Source: Macrostomum lignano (taxonomy: Eukaryota). Taken from it: a stretch of 64,000 nucleotides of DNA. This document shows, one piece after another, positions 10,138 through 58,580 of the stretch (position 1 is the first letter of the stretch; each line of letters opens with the position of its first letter). The notes beneath the pieces were generated by a model that was not told the origin of the DNA, did no database searches, and saw only the letters and a list, made by a program, of their open reading frames with translations. The translations under genes were made by a program, and so were the position numbers. The stretch covers positions 1 through 64,000 of the forward strand of contig NIVC01001514.1 in assembly GCA_002269645.1 (NCBI GenBank). Reading direction: 5' to 3'.

Positions 10138-11320
10138 TTTGGAAGGCCGTCCAGTAAGTAGGAATGAGAAGGCAGCACTGAGTGAGAGGCTGTGAGCTTG
10201 AGAATCTCAACAAACTGGGGAAGTAGCGCAGAGCCGATGCAGTCAAACTCTGCTTTAGTAGGAAAGTCTATTGTCTTGGGGCTGCCTCACGTTTCCTTGG
10301 AAACTTCGAGAAACAAACTGAAATAGAGAAAAAGAGAGCGCTCCCCCGCTTAAGTCCACCTGAGGCGGTAATTTATTGCATCGTTTGCGGGTGCTTAACA
10401 GCTGTACTGAGTTTGAGTTTGAGTTTAAGCCAAGCAAGCCAGAATTCTTATAAATTAAACAGGTCTCCTTCTTTGCTTTTCTGTGGCACGCCTGCAACAA
10501 AGTATGCAGTCAATGCAAGCCTGGATGCTGACTGTTCTAGTAACATTACATGCATAATAATGAGCTGGAGCTGCCGTCAGCCAAATGTTTAAGCTTGAGT
10601 CTCTGCCTGTGCAAGTACGTCAATACTAAATTGACTTGCATTACTGATTGCTTTGTACTTTTTGAATTAGTGCGCGCAACTTTGCAATAGAACATGCTGA
10701 TTCAGTATTTTTTAAGAATAGGTAAATAAAAATATCATAGAATCGCTACTAGCCTACTAACAGTACTACTAACAGAATAAAAGCTGTTATATCTTTTTTG
10801 TGATCTAAATTTTACTTGTAATAAGACGAGTCCTTGACTAGCGAGGAGGTAAATAAGAAGGCCGTTGCCTTTGACCGCAACGCATGGTGTACAGGAGCCC
10901 TGGCTTTCCAATCGCCAGCTGTTTAATACTATTGGTGATCATTATCACTGCAGAGGTGAATATTTAGTTCCTAGTGCGATTGCACCTTTACCTTCCTCGT
11001 TTCCAAACCCACTGCACTTGGAAGGCCTGGCGAGAGAATTCCCCAGATCCTTGAGACGCGCCCCCCCCCAACTGAGGATTTGAGAACTCAAACCTCGCCA
11101 TGCCCTCCTCTACTCTTGCTAAATCGATTCTAATGACCGGCCGACAGTTGGAGCCGAGGAGAGAGAGAGAGACTTGGCTTTGGCTGGCTTTCAATCACAT
11201 TTCAAGCAGGCGCATGCGCGGCCACGGCACACACGCAGCCACTCGTTCACCCGATTCAAGTGATTTGGCTCCGCTGTCCCACTCTCAGATCAATTCTGAG
11301 AACACTTATGTACGTTTTGT

Positions 11321-11688
<368 letters not shown>

Positions 11689-11712
11689 GGACTGTAGATA
11701 TCTAGTCTGTTT

Positions 11713-12675
11713 GGTGCCAAGGGAGACGGGTGGCGCCAAGGGGGACCGGGTGGCGCCAAGGGAGACTGTATGGCGCCAAAGGAGGCTGTATGGCGCCAAG
11801 GGAGACTGTATGGCGCCAAGGGAGACTGTATGGCGCCATACCCGAGAAGACTGCGGACCAGTTAGCTGCATTTGAGCAGCCTTTCAGTCACTCTATTTTT
11901 ATAATTTCTAGAAGAAACTTTTCAGACCCCCTGAACTGAGTGGTCTGGTCAGCGCAGTGATTGAGCAGAATCTAGAAATCCCTATTTTGCTTGCAAACCC
12001 CCCGAGGAAATGCAAACTTTGGAACGCCAAAATGCAAAAGCTCGCCTGCCATTTCCCTGAACTTAAGCTTTTAGTCGCCTCAGCCAATGCCAATAAGGCT
12101 ATTCCAACTGCACCAAGACAGTGATCAGGGGCGTCTAAAAATTCCATTACGAAACACGAATCTGGAACCCGATAGCTCGTGCGGAAGTAAACCTCGATTG
12201 TTTTAAGTCAAAGAAGTCCCTTACTCCAGCCAGGGAAAAGTTCATTTAGTTTCAATTTCCGGGAATATTTTTCGGGTTCTTCGCGGCCGCTAAATCAACT
12301 CTGCAGTCAATTAACGCTCAGTTCTGTCGCTGCCCAGCGATATTCTCCAGAGTGACTTGCACTCAGGTAAGTCATAGGTATCTTGAACCCACTCTTAGCC
12401 TCCCTTGGCGCCATACAGTCTCCCTTTGCGCCATACAGTCTCCCTTGGCGCCATACAGTCTCCCTTTGCGCCATACAGTCTCCCTTGGCGCCATACAGTC
12501 TCCCTTGGCGCCATACAGTCTCCCTTGGCGCCATACAGTCTCCCTTGGCGCCACATGGCCTCCCTTGGCGCCATACAGTCTCCCTTTGCGCCATACAGTC
12601 TCCCTTGGCGCCATACAGTCTCCCTTGGCGCCATACAGTCTCCCTTGGCGCCATTCAGTCTCCCTTGGCGCCACC
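11713..12675. mobile_element. Fold-back-like structure: inverted arrays of a 20-bp unit (11713-11838 and ~12400-12675) around a ~560-bp unique spacer
   Basis: Left unit TGGCGCCAAGGGAGACTGTA; right unit TACAGTCTCCCTTGGCGCCA is its exact reverse complement; no TSD or transposase seen. Confidence 0.55.
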
Positions 12676-13334
12676 GGCTTAACCAGCCTCACCAACATTT
12701 CTCCCCCTCAGAACAGCTGGCAGAAGTCAATTTTACATCGGGATCTCCCCAAAAAATCGCATCTTTTATCCAGCCAACCAGTCAGTCAGCGCACCCTGTA
12801 TTAGTACATCCGGCACACAGCAGTTTGGCTAGCGCTGGCACTGGCTGATCAATGGACTGCCAGTTCCCTGCTACAGGAGATCCCGGTGAAAACCGATGCG
12901 GTTTGGGAAAACTTGATTTTGCGGGGGGAGACAACCGAGGGCATCGAATGTGCGGCCCAGTTTTGCATTCCACCGCGCCGTAGACTGGGAGTCACCTGAC
13001 CTGGGAATGGACTTCGGGAATGCCGTGAACTGGGGTGCTGGGGGCTACGGCCGCCCCAAGGACATTTTTCTCTGCTGTGCCACTTATAACTTTCTTCAAG
13101 CCCACCGACAGTCCGAGCCCTCATCAATCGCAGCTCATTCCATCCCAAGTCTACTTTCCGAGGGGGTGGTGAAGTCCCAGCTTCTCAGATACGCCTTGAC
13201 GTCGCTCTCGGATGGCTGACTTCGATGAAGCTTGCACCAGAAAATCTGGTGCGACACCAGGGCTACAGCGGACGTTTCCTGCGCACGTATCAAATAAGAG
13301 GTGCTGATGGAGCTGGGCTTCTTACCCTCACTCA

Positions 13335-13950
13335 TCACTCACCCTCTCTCAACCTCTCTCACCCTCTTTCACCCTCTTTCACCCTCTTTCACCCTCTCTC
13401 ACCCTCTTTCACCCTCTCTCACCCTCTCTCACCCTCTTTCACCCTCTTTCACCCTCTCTCACCCTCTCTCACCCTCTCTCACCCTCTCTCACCCTCTCTC
13501 ACCCTCTCTTACCCTCTCTCACCCTCTCTCACCCTCTCTTACCCTCTCTCACCCTCTCTCACCCTCTCTTACCCTCTCTCACCCTCTCTCACCCTCTTTC
13601 ACCCTCTCTCACCCTCTCTCACCCTCTCTCACCCTCTCTCACCCTCTCTCCCCATCTCTCACCCTCTCTAACCCTCTCTAACCCTCTCTTACCCTCTCTC
13701 ACCCTCTCTCACCCTCTCTCACCCTCTCTCACCCTCTCTCACCCTCTCTCACCCTCTCTCACCCTCTCTCACCCTCTCTCACCCTCTCTCACCCTCTCTC
13801 ACCCTCTCTCACCCTCTCTTACCCTCTCTCACCCTCTCTTACCCTCTCTCACCCTCTCTCACCCTCTCTCACCCTCTCTCACCCTCTCTCACCCTCTCTC
13901 ACCCTCTCTCACCCTCTCTCACCCTCTCTTACCCTCTCTCACCCTCTCTC
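13335..13950. repeat. (ACCCTCTCTC)n decamer array inside the Penelope-like element
   Basis: Direct inspection. Confidence 0.95.
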
Positions 13951-14786
13951 ATCCGTGGTCGCATGCTGGCGCACATCGGTGACATCCGGCACACCCGTGA
14001 CACTCCGGTAGCGCGCCACTTCACCAGCGGTGGCCACAGTCTGACGGACTTCGCCTTCACCGGCATCTGGACACGCGATGGCACAGGACCCAGAGCTGAC
14101 GAGCGGCGTCAGCGCCAGGAGGCCAAGTTTATCGAGGTCCTGAGGACTCATGTTCCACACGGCGCCAACGAACTTGCCGGCATACTGCACAAACCGGCCA
14201 TCCCGCTGATCCTGCCCCACTGTGCGACCTCCGACGCCCTGGCTGCCAAAGTGAAGGACAGGGTGATACGCCACTGCGAGACCCCGGTGCTGCCCGCCTA
14301 CACCAAGGGGAGAAGCCTCCGGACTCTGCTCTCTCATAGTCGGCTCGATCCTGCCAACTAGGCCCCTTTTGACGCCTGTACAGAGGCTCTTTTACTGCTA
14401 TTTTTCCCCTCTGTGATTTTTTCATTGACTTTATTTTGATTTATTCAGATTATTTATTCTCTGCTTTTTATTCATTTTTCTGACACTGTGTACGGTGCAC
14501 CTGCATTTTTTGCTCTGAGCATTTAATAATAATTTTTATTTACCTTGTCTATTTATTTTGCCATTTATTTTTACAATTTTTATTCTACACTCAAAGGTCG
14601 TCTTGGCCCAATTGTACAGTTTTAGCCACCCCCCGCTTTTCTCATAGTCTCGGACTCGTTTTTATGTACTGACCATGCGTACTGTTTTAAGTGCTTGAGC
14701 ACATCAATTTATCGATCGTCTCTCCCTGGCGATATCGCCTTTATATATTGATGGCAATTCGCGCCAAATAAACTTCACTCGCTTAC

Positions 14787-14823
14787 AGCCCTGACGAAGA
14801 AATTTAATTTCGAAATATCGGCT
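14787..14823 (+). ncRNA. Minimal type I hammerhead ribozyme of the Penelope-like element
   Basis: AGCC-CTGACGA-A-GAAAT(TTA)ATTTC-GAAA-TATC-GGCT: stem I AGCC/GGCT, core CUGACGA and GAAA, stem II GAAAT/ATTTC, loopless palindromic stem III, AUC cleavage triplet. Confidence 0.8.
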
Positions 14824-14895
14824 ACTCAATTTAAATTGACTTTTTTCAGTCCTTTCTGACTTTCTACCGTGTCAGTGCCCGAGATTGGAGGCGCC

Positions 14896-14896
<1 letters not shown>

Positions 14897-14952
<56 letters not shown>

Positions 14953-15112
14953 CATCTCTCACCCTCTCTCACCCTCTCTCACCCTCTCTCACCCTCTCTC
15001 ACCCTCTCTCACCCTCTCTCACCCTCTCTCACCCTCTCTTACCCTCTCTCACCCTCTCTCATCCTCTCTCACCCTCTCACACCCTCTCTCATCCTCTCTT
15101 CCCCTCTCTCTC
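14897..15112. repeat. (CT)n followed by the same (ACCCTCTCTC)n decamer
   Basis: Direct inspection. Confidence 0.9.
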
Positions 15113-15781
15113 TTAATTAACTTCTCTCTCACCTTTATCTCAAACTTTTATGTACCATCCCTCTAGCTTTATACGATGTACTTTAAACTTATAATTAAAG
15201 TACTGATATCTGCATAGCTCAATAATTGTATTAGTCTGGAAGGAAAGAATACAAATTATAGGGCCTATTAAGAATCATATGGTAGCAAAAGTCTGGCACA
15301 GCTGTTTGCTGCGTGTCGGCGGGGGAGAGCGGCCGGGCGGGCAGTAAGGCTCTTGCCTCTTCTTCCAGATCCTCACTCCCCCACGTGCGCACTGGCCTCC
15401 CCCCCCCCCCTGTTTCATTTCTGGCGATTTTTGTCCAGCCAATTGGCGACGGCGAAGCCTTCATGTCGATTTTCTGTCTCCCTCCATTTCTTATACTGCC
15501 CGGGCACCCCTTCTGCCTACTCCGTGACCTCCTCTCTCCGCTTCCCCCCCCCCAACCACAGCCGCCTCCTCGATAACTCCAGCCCCCAGCAACTGCAGTC
15601 GAGGGAAAACAGACCAGTCACAGTGGCGGGCAGGGCAGGCAGGCTTTAAAGAAATTCCCCGAATCCGCTATACAAAGATGACGGCTGCACACTAAATCTC
15701 GCGGCTGGCCAACTGAATCTCAAACTCGACTTTTCAATCAGCTACCGGAGTGAGGGACTGGGCACGTCTGCTGACGAAGCG

Positions 15782-15928
15782 GTAAGTAAGTAAGTAAGTA
15801 AGTCACTCAGTCAGTCAGACAGTCAGTCAGTCAGTCAGTCAGTCAGTCAGTCAGTCAGTCAGTCAGTCAGTCAGTCAGTCAGTCAGTCAGTCAGTCAGTC
15901 AGTCAGTCAGTCAGTCAGTCAGTCAGTC

Positions 15929-15960
<32 letters not shown>

Positions 15961-16192
15961 AGTCAGTCCGTCAGTCAGTCAGTCAGTCAGTCAGTCAGTC
16001 AGTCAGTCAGTCAGTCAGTCAGTCAGTCAGTCAGTCAGTCAGTCAGTCAGTCAGTCAGTCAGTCAGTCAGTCAGTCAGTCAGTCAGTCAGTCAGTCAGTC
16101 AGTCAGTCAGTCAGTCAGTCAGTCAGTCAGTCAGTCAGTCAGTCAGTCAGTCAGTCAGTCAGTCAGTCAGTCAGTCAGTCAGTCAGTCAGTC

Positions 16193-16224
<32 letters not shown>

Positions 16225-16240
16225 AGTCAGTCCGTCAGTC

Positions 16241-16272
<32 letters not shown>

Positions 16273-16320
16273 AGTCAGTCAGTCAGTCAGTCAGTCAGTC
16301 AGTCAGTCAGTCAGTCAGTC

Positions 16321-16352
<32 letters not shown>

Positions 16353-16756
16353 AGTCAGTCCGTCAGTCAGTCAGTCAGTCAGTCAGTCAGTCAGTCAGTC
16401 AGTCAGTCAGTCAGTCAGTCAGTCAGTCAGTCAGTCAGTCAGTCAGTCAGTCAGTCAGTCAGTCAGTCAGTCAGTCAGTCAGTCAGTCAGTCAGTCAGTC
16501 AGTCAGTCAGTCAGTCAGTCAGTCAGTCAGTCAGTCAGTCAGTCAGTCAGTCAGTCAGTCAGTCAGTCAGTCAGTCAGTCAGTCAGTCAGTCAGTCAGTC
16601 AGTCAGTCAGTCAGTCAGTCAGTCAGTCAGTCAGTCAGTCAGTCAGTCAGTCAGTCAGTCAGTCAGTCAGTCAGTCAGTCAGTCAGTCAGTCAGTCAGTC
16701 AGTCAGTCAGTCAGTCAGTCAGTCAGTCAGTCAGTCAGTCAGTCAGTCAGTCAGTC

Positions 16757-16788
<32 letters not shown>

Positions 16789-16804
16789 AGTCAGTCCGTC
16801 AGTC

Positions 16805-16836
<32 letters not shown>

Positions 16837-16972
16837 AGTCAGTCAGTCAGTCAGTCAGTCAGTCAGTCAGTCAGTCAGTCAGTCAGTCAGTCAGTCAGTC
16901 AGTCAGTCAGTCAGTCAGTCAGTCAGTCAGTCAGTCAGTCAGTCAGTCAGTCAGTCAGTCAGTCAGTCAGTC

Positions 16973-17004
<32 letters not shown>

Positions 17005-17020
17005 AGTCAGTCCGTCAGTC

Positions 17021-17052
<32 letters not shown>

Positions 17053-17156
17053 AGTCAGTCAGTCAGTCAGTCAGTCAGTCAGTCAGTCAGTCAGTCAGTC
17101 AGTCAGTCAGTCAGTCAGTCAGTCAGTCAGTCAGTCAGTCAGTCAGTCAGTCAGTC

Positions 17157-17188
<32 letters not shown>

Positions 17189-17240
17189 AGTCAGTCAGTC
17201 AGTCAGTCAGTCAGTCAGTCAGTCAGTCAGTCAGTCAGTC

Positions 17241-17272
<32 letters not shown>

Positions 17273-17352
17273 AGTCAGTCCGTCAGTCAGTCAGTCAGTC
17301 AGTCAGTCAGTCAGTCAGTCAGTCAGTCAGTCAGTCAGTCAGTCAGTCAGTC

Positions 17353-17384
<32 letters not shown>

Positions 17385-17533
17385 AGTCAGTCCGTCAGTC
17401 AGTCAGTCAGTCAGTCAGTCAGTCAGTCAGTCAGTCAGTCAGTCAGTCAGTCAGTCAGTCAGTCAGTCAGTCAGTCAGTCAGTCAGTCAGTCAGTCAGTC
17501 AGTCAGTCAGTCAGTCAGTCAGTCAGTCAGTCC
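15782..17533. repeat. (GTAA)n then ~1.7-kb (AGTC)n microsatellite with GTCC variants
   Basis: Direct inspection. Confidence 0.97.
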
Positions 17534-17862
17534 AACTGTCAAAGTAAAAACACGAATGCGTCGCAAGCCACATTTCTAAGAATCCTTTTGGTTTTGCAAG
17601 TTAACTCTCAGAGCTCCCTGTTTAGACCCGAGTTTTCAAAGCAGAGACAGGAAACACCTGCTACTAACGAGCCTCAAATATTTATTTATTGGAATTTGAC
17701 CCCCATCCAAAACTAGCTGCTCGGGCCAGCATCACAAAAAACAAATTGTTGGCAATACGGGAAATTTCGCTGCTTGCAAGGGATCCCAAATGATACATTT
17801 TTTGCCGGAAAATCTGGTGTGATTTGGCCCCCTTCGATAAGCAAAAGAGTAGAGATTCGGAG

Positions 17863-18280
17863 AGAGTGGGAGTAATTGGGGGAGAGTGGGAGAGAGTGGG
17901 GAGAGTGGTGGATAGTGGGGGAGAGTGGGAGAGAGTGGGGGAGAGTGGGGGACAGTGAGAGAGAGTGGGGGAGAGTGGGGAGAGTGGGGGAGAGTGGGAG
18001 AGAGTGGAGGAGAGTGGGAGAGAGTGGGGAGAGTGGTGGATAGTGGGGAGAGTGGGAGAGAGTGGGGGAGAGTGGGGGACAGTGAGAGAGAGTGGGGGAG
18101 AGTGGGAGAGAGTGGAGGAGAGTGGGAGAGAGTGGGGAGAGTGGTGGATAGTGGGGGAGAGTGGGAGAGAGGGGGAGAGTGGTGGATAGTGGGGAGAGTG
18201 GGAGAGAGGGGGGAGAGTGGGCGAGAGTGGTAGAGAGTGGGGGAGAGTGTGGGAGAGTGAGGGAGAGTGGGAGAGGGAGA
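17863..18280. repeat. GAGAGTGGGG-type decamer array
   Basis: Direct inspection. Confidence 0.9.
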
Positions 18281-18689
18281 GACTGACTTCAGTTTTCCCA
18301 TCTTCACTGTGTACGCACCCAAAGGAAGGCTGTTGTTTCAGCACACGGGAAATGTTTATTGCACAAAGTAAGTTCTAGGATGTAAAGAAGTCGGGATTCA
18401 CCAAGATAAAAGCAGAAAGCTGGCTGTAAAAAGTAATGGCAGGTTACACCTGTTCCTACGCAGACAGCAACGGTCGAGCCACAAAAATGCGGCAAAGGCA
18501 TTGGGGCTGCGAGTTAAAATATTTAATAGACGTTTAAATGATGAGTCAGGAAAAGATGCCGGCGTCAGTGATTGAGAGGAATAAGAGAGAAAATTAGTGT
18601 GAGAGCAGAAATGATAGAGGAAAGTGGAGAGATGAGAGACGGGAGAGGAACGAACGGAAAGGTGAGATGGGAGATAAAAGGTGATTGAG

Positions 18690-19160
18690 ACAGAAATTAA
18701 GAGAGAAAGAACAGAGGAGAGAGGAGAGAGGAGAGAGGAGAGAGGAGAGAGGAGAGAGGAGAGGAGAGAGGAGAGAAAAGAGAGGAGAGGAGAGAGGAGA
18801 GAAAAGAGAGGAGACATGAGAGAGGAGAGAGGAGAGAGGAGAGAGGAGAGAGGAGAGAGGAAAGAGGAGACAGGAGAGAGGAGAGAGGAGAGAGGAGAGA
18901 GGAGAGAGGAGAGAGGAAAGAGGAGACAGGAGACAGGAGAGAGGAGAGAGGAGAGAGGAGAGAGGAGAGAGGAGAGAGGAGAGAGGAGAGAGGAAAGAGG
19001 AGAGAGGAGAGAGGAAAGAGGAGAGAGGAGACAGGAGACAGGAGAGAGGAGAGAGGAGAGAGGAGAGAGGACAGAGGAGAGAGGAGAGAGGAAAGAGGAG
19101 AGAGGAGAGAGGAGAGAGGAAAGAGGAGAGAGGTGAGAGGAGAGAGGAGAGAGGAGATAT
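18690..19160. repeat. (AGGAG)n-type purine array
   Basis: Direct inspection. Confidence 0.9.
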
Positions 19161-19874
19161 GAAAGAGGCGAGAAACCAGAGGAGAGAGGTGAAGAGTGAA
19201 AGGAGAGAGGGGAGGAGAGTAGCCAAAAAGTTCCAGTTTCAGTCCGCAGCAGTCGAACAGCAGTTGGGGACCGCAAAAATGTGTGGATCACTGAGCTCTC
19301 AGGCCCGCATCCCGCCACCACCGTTGCTGCCTGGGAGATAAGCACTTTGTCGTTCCCCATCGCCCCTCGTATCGATCCGCTCCCTCCCTCTCCCCGGGCT
19401 CGGCCAAACAGCCCAGCTAGTGAAGTTACAGGAAGACTTCTGCAAAAATGGGAAGCAGAGTTGGATCTCGTCTCCAGCTGAGAAATTCCCAATGCCGCAA
19501 TACGCCTATCGTGCTTTTAACTTTTAATCCTCAGGCGCTACAGACCCTCCATCCCGGCCTTACTCTTCGCTCCACCCTAAAAATTATGGGCCGAGTGAGT
19601 CTGATGTCTCAGAACTTCTTCGCGACCAACTTAATCCTGAGCTCTTTCCTTATTTTTATCCCGTCTCCGCTCTTCCATTTCTCTCCCGCTCTGTCATTCT
19701 CGGCTCAAATCCGGCGTGTTTTGAGACAGAAGGAGCGATTAATCGGTAAGGAGAAATAGCGGCATCCGTGAAGCTCGCTTTGAATGGACCTGCTCTGCCG
19801 TAGATGTTCTAATCCACCAAGTGGCCGGAGATTTCCTGTAAACGACTCAACGTTCTAGAATGCGCGACTTAATC

Positions 19875-20620
19875 TCACACCCTGCGAATCCCATACCTGA
19901 GAATCCCATACCCTGCGAATCCCATACCCTGCAAATCCCATACCTGAGAATCCCATACCCTGCGAATCCCATACCCTGCGAATCCCATACCTGAGAATCC
20001 CATACCTGAGAATCTCATACCCTGCGAATCCCATACCCTGCAAATCCCATACCCTGCGAATCCCATACCCTGCGAATCCCATACCCTGAATCCCATACCT
20101 GAGAATCCCATACCCTGCGAATCACATACCCTGCAAATCCCATACCTGAGAATCTCATACCCTGCGAATCCCATACCCTGCGAATCCCATACCTGAGAAT
20201 CTCATACCCTGCGAATCCTATACCCTGCGAATCACATACCTGAGAATCCCATACCCTGCGAATCCCATACCCTACGAATCCCATACCTGAGAATCCCATA
20301 CCTGAGAATCCCATACCTGAGAATCCCATACCCTGCGAATCCCATACCCTGCGAATCCCATACCCTGCGAATCACATACCCTGCGAATCACATACCCTGC
20401 GAATCACATACCCTGCGAATCCCATCCCTGAGAATCCCATACCCTGCGAATCCCATGCCCTGCGAATCCCATACCCTGCGAATCCCATGCCCTGCGAATC
20501 CCATACCTGAGAATCTCATACCCTGCGAATCCCATGCCCTGCGAATCACATACCCTGCGAATCCCATGCCCTGCGAATCCCATACCTGCAAATCCCACAC
20601 CCTGAAAATCCCATACCCTG
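19875..20620. repeat. 15/16-bp minisatellite GAATCCCATACCCTGC
   Basis: Direct inspection. Confidence 0.92.
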
Positions 20621-21049
20621 AAGATCCCCAAAAAACATTGAAATTCCACATCAGTAGAAGCCGCCTTCATTTCTCGGCTTTGATTTTTTCGTGTTCCTCT
20701 TATCAAGCACTCAGCTTCCAGAATCTTTCCCACCGCTGCCAGACAGAGAAATACTTGTTGGTTGCCCGCCGCCTCAGCGGTGGGAAAATTTGGAGTTGTT
20801 CGGGGAGCGTTGATCAGCAGCCAGTCTCGCAACCCCGCTCCCCGGCTCCTCGGCCTCACTCATTTCGTTTCCCCAGTCTATCAGGCTAAATTAATATTGA
20901 TTAGCCCCGTTCCCCTGCGCCCAGATTCGTCCTCGCTTGCTCGGCGCCCCCATCCGAAACTTCTTCGCTGCCTGCTCCTCCTGCAGAGCTTGACCCCTAC
21001 TGTAGGCTCCCGTCTCTCTCACGCACACAGCATCAACTGCTGTCTCTGC

Positions 21050-22305
<1,256 letters not shown>

Positions 22306-22792
22306 CTGGCCGCCTGGAATAAACTTCGGTATAAAATCAAGAAACGATTGCTGTGTCGAATTGGCCAGCCAAAATCCATGCAACAGTTTGAAAAAAAACG
22401 TGCTTGGCTGACTGACACAGAAAAAACTGCCATATCAGCCAGCAGGCACCGCGGCGGCCCGCCCACAAGGCAAAAAAGTGTATCGATCTCTGAAGCGGGA
22501 GGGCGGGAAGGGAGAGATCAGCTGCATAGGAGAGCGGAACGACAAACGATAGGGAGAACTGGCGGCAAAAGTTCCCATTCAGAGTGGCATTCATCGCCTA
22601 ACATGAGGAGAGAAAGAGAGAGGACGGTCGGAAACTGCAAAATGCTTGAGTGGCGAAGGACTGTCTTTTAAAAAGTGCACGCAGAGCCCGCTGCAGGAAG
22701 CCAAGATTTAACAAAACATTCTTAAACCATAGCAAGCGAACTGAGATTTTCGTCCACTTATATTCAAGAGAATTTAATTTTCATGTTTATAA

Positions 22793-23435
22793 ATCCCACA
22801 CTCAAATCCCTCACTCTTAAATCCCACATTCTCAAATCCCACACTCTCAAATCCCAAACTCTCAAATTCCACACTCTCAAATCCCTCACTCTCGAATCCG
22901 ACACTCTCAAATCCCTCACTCTCGAATCCGACACTCTCAAATCCCACACTCTCAAATCCCACACTCTCAAATCCCACACTCTCAAATCCCACACTCTCAA
23001 ATCCCACACTCTCAAATCCCACACTCTCAAATCCCACACTCTCAAATCCCACACTCTCAAATCCCACACTCTCAAATCCCACACTCTCAAATCCCACACT
23101 CTCAAATCCCACACTCTCAAATCCCACACTCTCAAATCCCACACTCTCAAATCCCACACTCTCAAATCCCACACTCTCAAATCCCACACTCTCAAATCCC
23201 ACACTCTCAAATCCCACACTCTCAAATCCCACACTCTCAAATCCCACACTCTCAAATCCCACACTCTCAAATCCCACACTCTCAAATCCCACACTCTCAA
23301 ATCCCACACTCTCAAATCCTACACTCTCAAATCCCACACTCTCAAATCCCACACTCTCAAATCCCACACTCTCAAATCCCACACTCTCAAATCCCACACT
23401 CTCAAATACCACACTCTCAAATCCCACACTCTCAG
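22793..23435. repeat. 15-bp minisatellite CTCAAATCCCACACT
   Basis: Direct inspection. Confidence 0.95.
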
Positions 23436-23495
23436 ACCTCACACCTCACCCATCCGTCGGCAGTTGCCACCCTACTGACCCGGCCGCTCCCATCA

Positions 23496-58580
<35,085 letters not shown>

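Larger units (their letters stand above)
13088..14880 (+). mobile_element. Decayed Penelope-like retroelement (RT thumb fragment, C-terminal part of GIY-YIG endonuclease, 3' UTR with hammerhead)
   Basis: 13088-13325 with two 1-nt corrections reads FFKPTDSRALINRSSFHPKSTFRGVVKSQLLRY...GYSGRFLR (PLE RT thumb). 13951-14361 reads IRGRMLAHIGDIRHTRDTPVARHFTSGGHSLTDFAFTGI...RQRQEAKFIEVLRTHVPHGANE (PLE GIY-YIG C-half). Confidence 0.85.

Noticed and set aside
18398-19492. 364-aa ORF (LSPLSS repeats)
   Set aside because: Derived from the (AGGAG)n array
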